NCBI GenBank assembly: GCA_003990765.1
Contig: RBNJ01000355.1
Coordinates: 1-32,306, forward strand
Direction: 5' to 3'
Origin: Jimgerdemannia flammicorona
Taxonomy: Eukaryota
Length of the DNA stretch: 32,306 nucleotides
Position 1 is the first letter of the stretch. The number at the start of each line of letters is the position of its first letter. The translations under genes were made by a program, and so were the position numbers. Shown here in pieces: positions 11,935 to 24,134 of the stretch. The notes under the pieces were generated by a model. The model made no database searches and had not been told where the DNA came from. It saw only the letters and a list, made by a program, of their open reading frames with translations.

Positions 11935-14900
11935 CATTATACCTTCCCACTACCCAATCCCCATAGGGGGGTCACTCTCCCCACCTTTACAAACAAAGAC
12001 CACTTTCTCACCCACGATTCCAACCCTTCCCCCACTCTGCCTACATATTTTCTCCACCAAATGACACCTTCAACTACCCTGCAGCTCCCAACCCAGCCAC
12101 CAGCCTGTCAAGGTGTCTTCCATAAGGCTATCCCACTGCAGCAGCTTGACCTCTAAGCCTAGTCTCCTCCCATCCTTAAAAACAAATAACCAGTAACTGG
12201 CCAGCCCCTCCCAAATGGCCAACACCCAGCCTAATGTAAGCCATTCCTTCCCCACCCCCCCTACCAATCTATCTCTCAAATCCTCTCACTGCCCCTGCAT
12301 GCCAACTCTACTACACACTACCCCCAAATGAACCCTGATGGTCTGCCAAAAGGTACTAAGTACCTCACACTCTCCTAGCCAATGTTCAGGCATCTGTACA
12401 AATCCCCCTTCCTGCCCTACATTATAACACTCTTCACAGTTGAAGCAGCCTCCCTCGACAAGGTGATCTGAGTGGAAGTTGAGCATGACATTCTGCCTCA
12501 GCATGCACCACCAGGCCACCCAGTACTTCGGCAGCATCTACCTCCTCACCTCAGCACTCTAGGCCCAAATGCAATACCAGTTCCACTCCTCACCGATTCC
12601 TACTCCTTGCCAACTACTGGGCCACAGATCCTGGCCAGGTCTCCATTGGCATTTGACCCCATCACTAATGTCAAACTCAATTAAGAGAATGCCACCTAGT
12701 AACACTCGGTCCCATCTCCACATTGCCAGGTCCCAAGCTGCCTCTCCTTTATTTCCCTGCTACCAAATTCCAATGTGGTGCACCCCTTCTGCCACTCTCC
12801 ACTAGAAGCCTTTGTATCACAATTGTTTGGTATTTCAAAGGCCAAAAAATGCTAGGAGATCACCAGTCAAACCCTTAGGTAAGGACCTCATCTCCCAGAC
12901 TTTCTGCAATAGGGAGACCAACCTCCCCCTCTCAACTCCACCACTCTCTTCATCCACCACGCTCTCAAGCAGTGCAGCCTCTTAGGAAAGTCAACCAGCT
13001 CAAGTCCCCCACTTGCCACTGGTAAGGACAAGACCTCCTAGCTGATCTGACTCCATCTTCCAGCCCAGATCCACCCCTTGGCCAGCTTCATCAATCACTT
13101 CACTGCCCAAGCTAGGAAGTCCAGATAATAAGCCAGATACTATAACTTCGGCAGCCAATACACATTCAGAATCAAAACACGCCCAGCCAGAGACAATTGG
13201 CGACCCCCCCAACTCTGCAGAGCCTCCTCCCAGATTCCAACCCACTGCTCCCACCAAAGTCTGGGCAAAACTGACCCTTATACTGACAGATAAATACCCA
13301 AGTACCATACTGCCTCACCAGTAGGGACAATGGTTCCAATAATTTCCCCTCCCACCAGACCATTGCCTAACACCATTGCTTTGTACTTATGCCAATTAAG
13401 CTTAGTCCAAGAGTTCTTCTCATACCACTCCACTATTTCCTTGAGCCTCTCAATATCTGCAATTGATCCCAGGCTGACCACCATGTCATCTGCAAAGGCC
13501 CCTACTTTCCACTCAATGCCAAAGATAGAGAGCCCCACTATCTTCTGCCTGATTCTGTCCATGAAGGGCTCCAGGGAAAGGACATACAAAATGGGGGACA
13601 GTGGGTCCCTCTGGAGCACCCCCCTACCCAGGGGAAATACTACCCCTCTGTGTCTATTACACATGAGTGCAGCCCTACTTTCTTCCAGTAGGCTGACCAT
13701 GGCTGATCTGAACTGGTACAGGACCCCAATCTTATCTAATACTTTCGCCAGCCAGACCCACTGCACCCAGTCATAAGCCTTCTCCTGGTCCAGAAAGGCC
13801 AGTCACCCATCCAGTCCACTGGCTCATGCCCCTTCAATAACTCTATGAACTCAGGCTGTGCTGTCCCTAATGAGCCAGCCTCCCAAAAAGCCCCTCTGCT
13901 CATCACCCAAGACTTGCTGGGCCACCTTTTGCTGCCTTGCGACCACTACCTTGGTAACCAACTTTCTGTCCATATCCAGCAACATAATCAGCCTCCAGTT
14001 CTTCCAGTCCTCTTGCCTTCCTTTGTTCTTATAAAGCAATGTCACAAGCCCCAGATCCTGTTCCCCCACCCATCTCCCCATCTATAGAATCCAATCACAC
14101 AGTGCCATTATCTCACACAGTACTCCTGGAACTTCCACCATCTTCTTCCAGAAGTCCCAGAGCAGACCATCCTCCCCAGATGCTGTACCCAATGTTGTCA
14201 TGGCAAGAACCTGGTAGATCTCCTCTTCTTGAACTGGCAGCACTAATTCACCCAGCCCTTCTACTTGTGTAGGGTGCCAATCCTCCAATGCTTGGTCAAT
14301 GGCTTCAGTATCTGCCCCACCCTCCTCCTCACTCCACAATCCACTCCAATGCTCCTTTAATGATCCAAGAATGTCTTGTACACCATGCACCAATATACCA
14401 TCTGCATTAAGCACTCCCTCCCACCTTAATTGCACCCTCCTCGCCTGAAGGGCTCTTGTTAGAAACTTTGAGGGTCTCTCTCCTTCCTCCAACCCCTGCC
14501 AATGAAGCCATACCACCAGACCCTGTACCCTTGCCTCTTCCTCTTTCTGCAACACCTATTGTAGTTCAACCACCTCCATTTTTGCCCTTATCAATCTCCA
14601 ATCCTCCTCTCTCTCCAATGTCATTAGTCTCACCCAGTCCTCCAAGAGTCTAGATAGTCTACTAGAAGCCCATCACACCCATCGCCTCCTCTGCTTCCCA
14701 GCCTCCTTGGCAGCCTCACTCCAGTAGGTCCTGGCTATCTCCTTCATCCTCATCCACCGAATACCAATTGGGGCACCTTCCTGCCTCCAGTACTCCACTT
14801 TTAGTTGAATATCTTCAGCCCACTCATCCCACTAGACCTTATCATCTAATAAGGAGGAGTTGAGATGCCAATATCCAGGCCCATCCCCACTCTCCCCAAA

Positions 14901-15605
14901 ATGTCTCTGCTCTAAAAGCTCCCAATGATCCAACCAAGGACACCATTCTACCTCCAGTGATTTCAAGACATCTAAGCCCCAGCAGCTGGCTGTCAGAGTC
15001 CAATCAATCCACATCCCCAGGCCCCCAGCCCAGTGCATATACACCCTCCTATCCCCCCAATACTCTCTACCCACATCTACCAGAGCACTCAGTCTTTCCA
15101 CCTCCTTCCATGCTGCCAGTCCTCTACTCTGATCCTCAGCTCCCCATCCTCTATCAGTTCTATCTCTCAATACATCCCAGACCATATTGAAGTCCCCTCC
15201 GAGTACATCCACCCCAACCTCTGTAAGAATTCCACTCTCCTGTAGGCCCTTCACCGAATCCACACACTCACCCCATATTGTAGAGTAGTAACAGGAGCCC
15301 ACTGTGACCAGCTCCCAACCTGTGTGTATCCACTCTCCCCAGACCAATCTATCCCCCTAACTCTGCATATCCCTTATCTCCCCTCTGCCTTTCTGCATCA
15401 GAATCCCAACCTTGCCCTTCCAGACTGCCTCACCTCCCCATTCCTTCTTCCATCCCAGTCTATCCAAATCATTCTCACACCTGACATCCTGCAAGAGGAA
15501 GAGATCGGCCTCCAATCCCTTCAGACAAGTAAAAATGTTCTTATGTCAATAAGTATCCCATAACCCATTCATGTTCAAAGAAAAAATGTTGGTTGTACTA
15601 TTCAT
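11935..15605 (-). pseudogene. LINE B ORF2 (APE-RT-CCHC), premature stops
   Basis: MNSTTNIFSLNMNGLW..., DLFLLQD, VLGGDFN, IDWTL, WLDHW, GPGYWHLNSSLL, GERPSKF, NWRLIMLLDMDRK, FLDQEKAYD, GVLQRDPLSPILY, AFADD, YLGI, CEEC...PEHWLGEC. Confidence 0.93.
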
Positions 15606-15624
15606 AGTGAAGAATAGTGTGGTA

Positions 15625-17663
15625 TCAAGTTCTTTCCTACTGCTCCATATTCATCTCCTCCTGCACCAAGTCCAGATTATGTTCTGCTGTCACTGCCTCC
15701 TCTTCAGGCCTCTGAGCCTCCAATCCAGCCAACAGCTCATTCATCTCCCCATCTGCCCTCTCTTCAAATTCCTCACAGTACTCCAGGCAGGCCTCCGGCC
15801 AGAGCTACAATCCATGATACTTGGTCCAGCAGTATTCAGCCCTCTCTCCAACAACTTCCGCCATCTCTACCTCTCACTCCTTATCTACCTCATAGCCTTT
15901 CTCCTCCAGATATACTACAAGAATTTCCGCCTTCAATGCCTTCACCACCCCCTCCCCCTGCAGGATCCCCACCCAATACTCATTGCTCATTACTCTCAAA
16001 TCCACCTCTCCCAGCTCCTTAGCCACTAGGTTGTTCATCATCCTGCACATCCAAAGTAGGTTCTCTACCTCCTTTCCTCCAGGGGTCTCTGGTCTCCCAC
16101 CATCCAGCATTGTGGTGTCAGCCCCAGCACTTGCAGTCTCATTCCACTTCACTGGGATGTCCACCAATTCCTCCTCACCAGCTGCCACCACTCGTCCCCC
16201 TTTTGCCACCTCCAGAACTCCAAATTGCACTCGCTGGGCCCCCCACATTGGCACATCCTCCACCACCCTGCTCTGGGAAGCTGGGCCTCACCTGATAAGG
16301 GAAGTAGGGGTAGGGGAGTCCTCCCATGCCTTATCCCAAACCTCCAGCATACCATCAGTATATGGATTATTGCCAGTCACCTCTCTGTTCTCACTGGTCT
16401 CCTTCCCAGCACTCCCACTACTCTTGCCTGCCCAGACACTCCCTTTGGCCCCCCCCCATGTCCACCATTCCACTCATATCCTTCAGAGACCTACTCACCA
16501 TCTTCACCAGCAGTTTCTCCTATCTCTTATGCCCCTGATCTTGTACCCACTGCTCCTTGCTCACTTGAATCCACCTCACATCTACCACCTCCAAGTGCAT
16601 CACCTCCTCAAAGGCCTTCCAAGCCTTTGCCTGCTGCTCCACTACACCACTCAACTCTTCCAGTGCTTCCAATAAATCCTCTTCCTCCTCCTCACTCCTC
16701 TTCACCCTTGTCACCTTATACAAGATTGCCCCCCAGACCATTCTGGAAGGCCAGTCCCTTGCCTTCCCAGTGGCTTCTTTCCCTACCAGCCAAATCCTCA
16801 CATCCACATCCCCAGTCCGGAGCAAGGTCCCCTCCCAGACTCTGAATCCAATATCCACCATCTCTCCATACTCTGCCATGACCTCCTCGACTCTCCTTCT
16901 TGTCTCCACTGCCATCACTGTGGGCACCCCTTTCACCAGCAATTGGACCACCCTGGGATTCCATTTCAGGTAGCATGCCATCAGAATACACACCTCCCCA
17001 ACTATCAATCCAACCTTCAGTGCTTCCTCCAAAGGCTCAGCCTCCTCAAAGCCCACCTCCACTCCCTCCAGTCTCTTCAAAAACTTTATGGACACTGCTC
17101 TGGCCACCTGCTTAGCAATCAGCCCCAGCACCATTTTCACCATCACTGCTAGGCCCTGGAAGCACAGTGTCACTGCGAACACTGAGATCGATTTCTTGAG
17201 TAATAGTGCCACTGCCAGGCCTGTCACACTATCTGCCAAATCTCCCTATCTTCCAAGCCCCAGTTGCTCAGCCATGCCATCCAAAGTCATATCTGGATTT
17301 TTTTTCCAGATTAGCAGTCCCATCTCCATCAGCCATAATGCCCCCCCCAGCCACTACACCTCCAGCCCCACCACCCCCCCTGCCAAGAGCTACTCCCCTC
17401 TGTACTGCTACCTTCTCTGTTTCCTTCCCTTTCCTCAGCCAACCCTCCAGCCCTGATGTCTGCATTCTCCCCTTCACTATCTTGGCAAAGCTTGCTCTCC
17501 CAGATCCCTGTCCTCCACTACCTCCTCCTCCCCTTCCATGTCCACCTGCCAGCAGCTCCCTCATACCTCCCCCCAGACCAGGGCCTCTCCCCACCTACTG
17601 CCAGTCGAACACACTCAGGCCACCCTCTCCAGTATGTACCTCAGATTACCTGTTGGTTGCCAT
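15625..17663 (-). pseudogene. LINE B ORF1 (Gly-rich N-terminus, RRM-like core, coiled-coil)
   Basis: ATG at 17663. Pieced from ORFs 17268-17594, 16520-17239 and 15874-16266. An extra T in the T8 run (17298-17305) shifts the frame. It lies directly upstream of ORF2. Confidence 0.85.
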
Positions 17664-17778
17664 GTTGCTAGTCTCTTTTCTCCAAAAATAATATTGTAGT
17701 TGCTTTCCAAAGATTGTGTAACCCGAGTGGTACCAGAGAGAGTTGATCACATCTGGATTTTTTTCCAGATTGGCAGTC

Positions 17779-17854
<76 letters not shown>

Positions 17855-17899
17855 GTCACTTGGACTTCCCTTTATTACTGCCATCCATAATAATAATAA

Positions 17900-20800
17900 T
17901 AATACAATATCACCCCATCCCCTCAACTGATGCCCCTCAGATCTACTCCTCCACTCTCCACACCTCTCTGCTGGAGGATGATCCAGTCACCCACCACCTG
18001 AATCCTCTCACCACTTTTCTGTACAATACACTATACCAAACCTCTGTGACTCCCCCCACTGGGCCCTTACCCTTGCCACCAGCCATTCAAAATATCCAGT
18101 AGTAACTATTCCCAACATGCCACCCTATCTCCAACTCCAACCCACTGACCCTCCTCAAATCTATATTTCCAATGCCCAGCCATCCCAACCCATATGGCCA
18201 GAGCCCAACCAAAGGTCAGCCATTCATCTCCTACCCCTCCAACCAACCTATGGTGGAGCTCTCCCCACCTCCTCTCTTCTCCTCCCTCCAGGGCTCACAA
18301 CTCTAAACAGTCTATGATATGATACCAGAATACCCCCAAAATGTCACACTCACTAAGCAAGTGTTCAGGCATCTGTATTACTCCCCCTTCCTGTCCAACA
18401 TCAAATCATTCCTCACACTCAAATGTGCTACCAGCCACTAAGTGCCCAGACCAATAGTTCAATATCACATTCTACCATAGGACTCACCACTATACCACCA
18501 AAAACTTGGGGGGTAGCTACTACATCACCCACTTGCTCCAAATCCAGAGCCCATTCCAGTCCCACTCCTTGCAAATCCCAACCCTCTGCCAGGCTTCAGG
18601 CCAAAGGTCCCCACCTAAGCCCCGCAAATACTCCATTCTATTTCCAAGCTGAAAGTCCTCCCCCAAAACACTGCCCAGCAGTAGCCTGTTCCATCTCCAC
18701 ATCTGTGGTCCCAATCCTCCTCACCCTCCGCACCCTGCTCCCAAAGTCCAATTTTCTTATCACCATCCACCATCTCCCACCAAAAGCCCTTATACTGCAT
18801 CCTCCTGCTCTCCTCCAAGGCCACCATTGCATGCAGGTCTCCAGAATCTCGACAGGGGGAATACCAGGCCTCCTATACCCTCTGCATGAGCAGTACCCAC
18901 TCCTGATCCCTCAGCTCACTCACTCTCCTCAGTCACCAGGCTCTCAAGCAGTAAAGACATTTAGTAAAGTCCACTAAACCCAGTCCACCTCTTTCCACTG
19001 AGAGGGTAAGAACCTTCCATCCTATCCGACTTTGTTGCCCCACCCAGATCTATGATCTCACCATCTTCAATATTCTCCTGACCACCCAAGCAGAGAAGTC
19101 CAGATAATACTCCACATATTACAACTTCAGCATCCAATATACATTCAGCACCATCACCCTTTCTGCTAAGGATATGTGCTGACCTCCCAAGTACAAAAGC
19201 ACTGTACCCCACTCCAGGAGTCATTAATCCCACCAAGCACAGAGAAGAAGGGACCCAAACACCAAAAAGTAGATCCCCAGGTAATGAACTAGTTCTCCTG
19301 CTGGCACTACCATCCCAATCATATCACTGCCAATGATCCCACCACCTAGCACCAGAGTCTTGAATTTGTACCAATTGAGCTTAGCACCAGAGCCCTTCTC
19401 ATACCACTCTACTGACCTCCTCAATTCCCCCACATCTGCCAATGAGCCCAGTCCAACCACCATGTCATCTGCAAAAGCCCCCACCTTCCAATTTATCCCT
19501 AGAATGTTCAACCCCCCAATTTGATGCCAGATCCTGTCCAGTAGGGACTCTAGGGAGAGGGCATACAAGAAGGGTGACAAAGGGTCTCCCTGTGGCACCC
19601 CACGACCAAGAGGGAAAGTTACACCTCTGTGGCCATTGATGACCAATATAGCCTCTAACTATTTTGCAAAAGACTGATCAATGACTTTCAGAACCCCAGG
19701 GAAACACCAACTCATTTGAGCACCCCCTCCAACCAGACCCTCCTCACTCTATCATATGCCTTCTCCTGATCAAGAAAAACCAATCTGCCATCCACCTCTT
19801 CAGCCCGGGCCCCTTCAATCACACCATGTACCCAAGCCATCCTATCTTGGATCAACTGGCCCTGACAAATCCTTATTGCTCCACCCTCAGAACTTGCTGA
19901 GTGATTCCCTACAGTCTCAGCACCAATATCTTAGTCACCAGTTTACAGTCTATGATAAGTAGTATGATCAGCCACCAGTTCTTCCAATCCTCCTATCTCC
20001 TCTTATCTTTGTAGAGCAAGGAGACCAGCCCTAGATGCTGGCCCCCAATCCAAGTTCCAGACCAAAGAACCTCACTACACATTTCCACCATTTCCTCCAA
20101 TACCTTGGCCACTCCAGCCATCTTCTTTCAAAAATCCCAGAGAAGTCTATTTTCCCCTGGAGCCTTGTCATAGCCAAGACCCTGCAAACTTCTTCTTCTC
20201 TCACTGGATCCCCCAGAGTCACCAGGCCCATTGCAGGGTCCAGATACCAATCCTCCAGCTGCCTCTCAATGGTCAAAGCATCCTCTCCCCCTTCCTCTTT
20301 ACTCTACAAATCCTCTCACTGGGTCCTCAGCAATCCCAGGATTGCTAGAGTCCCCACCACCATCTCTCCATCTACATCCAGGACCTCATCCCACTGCTGC
20401 TTAGTTCTCCATACTTGTAATATTCATGATAAAAGCCTAGTGGGTCTCTCCCCCTCCTCAAACCCCTGCCACCTCAGCTATACCACCATCCCCTTCAGCC
20501 TAACCTCTTCCTCCCTTCATAACACATCCTTAAGCTTCTTCACTTCCTCTTGGATCCTCACAATATGCCAGTTGGCCACCTCCCTGTCTTCTAGCACCCC
20601 TGCCCATCTCCCCATGAGTGCTCCCAATTGCTGTGAGGTCCATAGCACCCTCCACCACCACTGAGCACACCTGCCTCTCCTGGCTTCCCTCCAGTACCCC
20701 TGAGTACTCGCTTTCAGCCTCCTCCAGCAGTCTCCAATCACCAGACCCTGGTCCCACCATCTCCCAATTTTTCAAATAACCTCTTTCTCCCAGTCCACCC

Positions 20801-21576
20801 ATACAGCCCCATCCTCCAACAAAGAAGAATTTAGCCACCAATGTCCAGGCCCATCCCCACTTCCTCCAAATCTCCCCCCACCTAACAAACCCCAGTGATC
20901 TGACCATAGGCACCAAACCACCTCCAGTGTAGTCCAGACATCCACTCTCCAGCATTCTGCCATCAATATCCAGTCTATCCTGAAATCCAATCCTGTCACC
21001 CAGTGAGTATAAATTTGATGATTGTCCCAAAACTGTCTCCCAGAATCAACCAGAGAACTCAACCTCTCAATCTCCAACCACTCATCCAACCCACCACTTC
21101 TGCTCCTCATTCCTCTCCTACCATTAGTTCTGTCCATCCCCTTGTCCCACACCATGTTGAAGTCACCCCCCAGGCAGTCAAACCCAACCTCACCCAAGAC
21201 ACTGGCCTCTTTCAAACTTCAAATCCAATCCACCCATTCCCCTCTCTCTGCTGGGCAATAACATGACCCAACTGTCAAAGAGCTCTATCCAGGCCTCTTC
21301 CATACTCCCCACACCAACTGAGACCCCCAATGTCGAATGTCCCTGATGTCCCCCATCCCATTCTGAACTAGGATATTCACCTGCCCCATCCACACCACAG
21401 CCCCCCCCCCATTCCTTAGTCCAATTCTGTAAGTTCACATCTACCTTATAACAGATATCCTGCAACAAAAAGAGATCTGCCTCTAGTTCCTTTAGCCATC
21501 CAAATATATACTTTCTCCTAGCTGCCCCCCATAACTCATTCACATTCAAAGTAAATATTCTAGTTATACTGTTCAT
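17900..21576 (-). pseudogene. LINE C ORF2 (APE-RT-CCHC), premature stops
   Basis: MNSITRIFTLNVNELWG...EADLFLLQD, CLGGDFN, RIDWIL, WSDHW, GPGHWWLNSSLL, FLDQEKAYDRV, GVPQGDPLSPFLY, AFADD, YLGI. Confidence 0.93.
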
Positions 21577-21608
21577 AATGAATAATGTTTTGGATTTGAG
21601 ACCCCAGC

Positions 21609-23523
21609 CTAGTATTTCATACTCATCTCATCCCCAGCCAGATCTAAGCACCCCTCTGCTTCCAAGTCCCCCTCCACGACAGCCTGAGCATCCAATAACT
21701 CTAAGATTTCTTGACATTCCACCCCATCCACCACCTCCATCTCTAACCAATAGTCCATGCAGACCACTCTCCACTTCTCCAATCTCTTCCTCAAGCCCCA
21801 CAAGTAAGCTGCCCAATCATTCATGATCTCTCTAAGTTCCTCCTCTCTCTGATCATCGATCTGGTATTCAACTAATTTCAAGAGGACTGCCAGGATCTCA
21901 TTCCTCACCTTTCATGGCACCTCCTCACTATGAAGGATTTCCTCCCAATGCCTCTTTTCTATAACCCAGAAGTCCTCTTCCCCCAGCTCCTCAGCTGCCA
22001 CCCCTTCCAGAGTCTTCCACAGCCACTCCTCCTAATCCACTGCCTCCACCATACCCTGAGCAACCTGATCACCCCCCACCTTTGGGTCCACCAAAGTGCT
22101 CCTCCTTACTGACTCATCCTATTCCTCATCTGGTATATCCAGCAACTTCTCCTCACCCCCTGCCCCACTCAGGACACTATACTGAGGGTGAACCCCTTTG
22201 CTCATTTTTGTATCTACCTCTACACCACCCTCCCTCTCCTCCCTTGGTCCATCCTGGGTCCCACCTTGGGCAGTCCCATGTTCTCCTGCCCAGACACTTG
22301 CACACAATCCTGCTCTCCCATCTCCTTTACTGCCACTAGCCCCACCACTACTCAACTTCTTCAGTAGCTCTTTCTGGATTCTCCTCTCCTGCATCTTCTC
22401 CCAGGTCCCCTGATCTATCTGGATCCTCTTCCTGTTGACTACTTCCATCACTGTCTTGGCTTCATACTCCTTCCAAGCCAATCTCCTCCTCTCGACTGCA
22501 CCTGTCAGATCCTCCAGAGCCTCAAGCAAATCCTCCTCCTCTTCCTGAGTCTCCTTCACTCACAAGATCTTGCACTCCACTTGTCCCTACTTCAGGGTTG
22601 CCAGCCAATCCCTCATCTTCCCCATGTTCTCCTTTCCAGCCAGCCTCACCCAAATGTCAACATCACCAGTCCAGAGCTCTGTACCCTCTCAGACCTTGAA
22701 TCTGATATCCACAATCTCACTATATTCCTTGACTGCCCCCACAATCAACTTTCTGGCCCTCTCTCTTGACACTGTAGGAAGATCCAGCACTGTCAACTGC
22801 ACCACTCAGGGGTCCCAGCACATGCACCTGGCCATAGAGACTACAACCCTGCCCACTGTTACTCCCTTCTCCATGGCAGCCAGCAATACTTTCTCTTCCT
22901 CAAACCCCACCTTGACCCCTTCTTTCTCCTTCAAAAACTTCACTGACACTGCCCCTTTTGCCTTCTGTGCCACCAGCCCCAAGATCATCCTTGCAGTCAC
23001 TGCCAAGCCCCTGAAGCACATTGTGATGGCAAATTCTGACCTTGATTTCTTGAGTAATGGTGCTGATACCATGCCCATCACCCCATCTGCCAGGTCCCCA
23101 GACCTTGTGCCCACCCTCTGTCCTGAACCATCAACCACTGTTACATCTGAATTTTTTTCCAGATCCCCAGCCACAGCCCCATCAGCAGTCACATCTCCAG
23201 CCCCTACTCCCCCCCCTCTCCTACCACCAGACACTCCCCTGGGCACTACTCCTATCCCCCAGCAGTAGCTGTTGATGCCTTCCCCAGGCCCAGCCAACCA
23301 TCAAGACCAGAGGCAATTCTCCCATCTTAACCTTGTTAGCAAAGGTCAACCTCTCTCCTCCTCGCTGCCTCAGACTGCCCCTCCCTCCACCACCAGTGCC
23401 TTGGCCAGCCATTGAGGCCCCCAGTATCCCCAAACCATCTCCTCTCCTCCCCACCTGTTGCCAGCCAAAGACCCCACTGCTCCCCTGGACAGCACGCTCA
23501 CCAGTACAATCATTGCCATCTAT
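21609..23523 (-). pseudogene. LINE C ORF1
   Basis: Probable start ATG>ATA at 23523. Pieced from ORFs 23221-23454, 22806-23297, 22119-22559 and 21609-21908. Homologous to ORF1 of A and B, and ends 32 nt before the ORF2 ATG. Confidence 0.85.
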
Positions 23524-23634
23524 GTTGATAGTTGTTGATCACCAAAAATGTTGTAAAAAGTGTTGTCTGAGTCTTGTGTCACCCGAATGGTACTGGTGAA
23601 AGATGTGTCCATTCTTTTTGGCAGTCCCCTTGCT

Positions 23635-24049
23635 ATCAGTAGTCCTGCTCTCTCTAGCTACTACTCTCCCAGCCCCATTACTCTCACTGTTATAGGCCAC
23701 TCTACCAGGCCCTATATCTCTCACCATCTCCTTGTCCTTCTTCAGCCAATCCTCCAATCTAGTCAACAGAGATCTCACCTTAATCTTGTCAGCAAAGCTC
23801 ATCCTTCTGGATCACTACCTTTCAGCTCTAGCTCTATTTTTTCCACCTCCTCTTCCACCCATAAGAGAATCCAGCAGACTCCACCCCAAGCCATGACTCT
23901 GCTCTACATACCGTCAGTTGAATGCACTAGGGCCACCCTGTCCACCATGTACCTCAGAATGCTCATTAGTCAATATGTTGCTAATACCCATTCTCTGTTA
24001 TGAGAGCTGTCTGAAGTTTGTGTAACCCAAATATTACTGGAGAAAGGTG
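23635..24049 (-). mobile_element. Displaced 5' end (5' UTR and ORF1 N-terminus) of LINE A
   Basis: SFADKIKVRSLLTRLEDWLKKDKE...DSKGTA aligns with LINE B SFAKIVKGRMQTSGLEGWLRKGKE...DGDGTA. It ends in the shared 5' motif (tgtgtaacccaaatattactggagaaagg) next to the TSD. Confidence 0.88.
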
Positions 24050-24072
24050 AGACACACCTGTATCCCCAGTTC

Positions 24073-24134
24073 AAGACATTCGGCACCAAGTCAATCAGCA
24101 CTAAAGACATTCTGCACCAAAACAATCGGTACCA
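24073..24134 (+). repeat. Two 31-bp imperfect tandem repeats (each made of two ~15-bp subunits)
   Basis: aagacattcggcaccaagtcaatcagcacta / aagacattctgcaccaaaacaatcggtacca. It lies in the sequence into which LINE A inserted, possibly the LTR U3 of Gypsy-1. Confidence 0.7.

Larger units (their letters stand above)
11864..17745 (-). mobile_element. LINE B: full-length L1-clade element nested in LINE A ORF1
   Basis: Uninterrupted 30-nt T tract (11857-11886). TSD atcacatctgga plus up to 7 T (11845-11856+ and 17746-17757+). Conserved 5' end motif at about 17712-17745. Confidence 0.93.
17787..23617 (-). mobile_element. LINE C: full-length L1-clade element nested in LINE A ORF1
   Basis: 66-nt uninterrupted T tract (17786-17851). 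Perfect 17-bp TSD ttggcagtccccttgct (17770-17786 and 23618-23634). Conserved 5' end motif at about 23573-23607. Confidence 0.95.
6556..24049 (-). mobile_element. LINE A: full-length L1-clade non-LTR retrotransposon (about 5.8 kb of own sequence) hosting nested LINEs B and C
   Basis: TSD agacatacctgtat (6542-6555) / agacacacctgtat (24050-24063), 13/14 identical. Decayed poly(A) at 6556-6581. Own sequence is about 6556-11863 + 17746-17786 + 23635-24049, and ORF1 reads across the junctions when B and C are removed. Confidence 0.9.

Noticed and set aside
17668..18102. Poly-Lys and poly-Phe ORFs (also 11704-12156)
   Set aside because: They are translations of LINE poly(A) tails.
6531..24003. Many plus-strand Pro/Ser/Leu/His-rich ORFs (up to 232 aa)
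   Set aside because: They are antisense shadows of G-rich LINE coding strands; the recognisable motifs are all on the minus strand.
6556..24049. Tandem duplication or simple head-to-tail LINE array
   Set aside because: The copies are clearly divergent, and each has its own TSD; the 5' end of A lies beyond C, which shows nesting.
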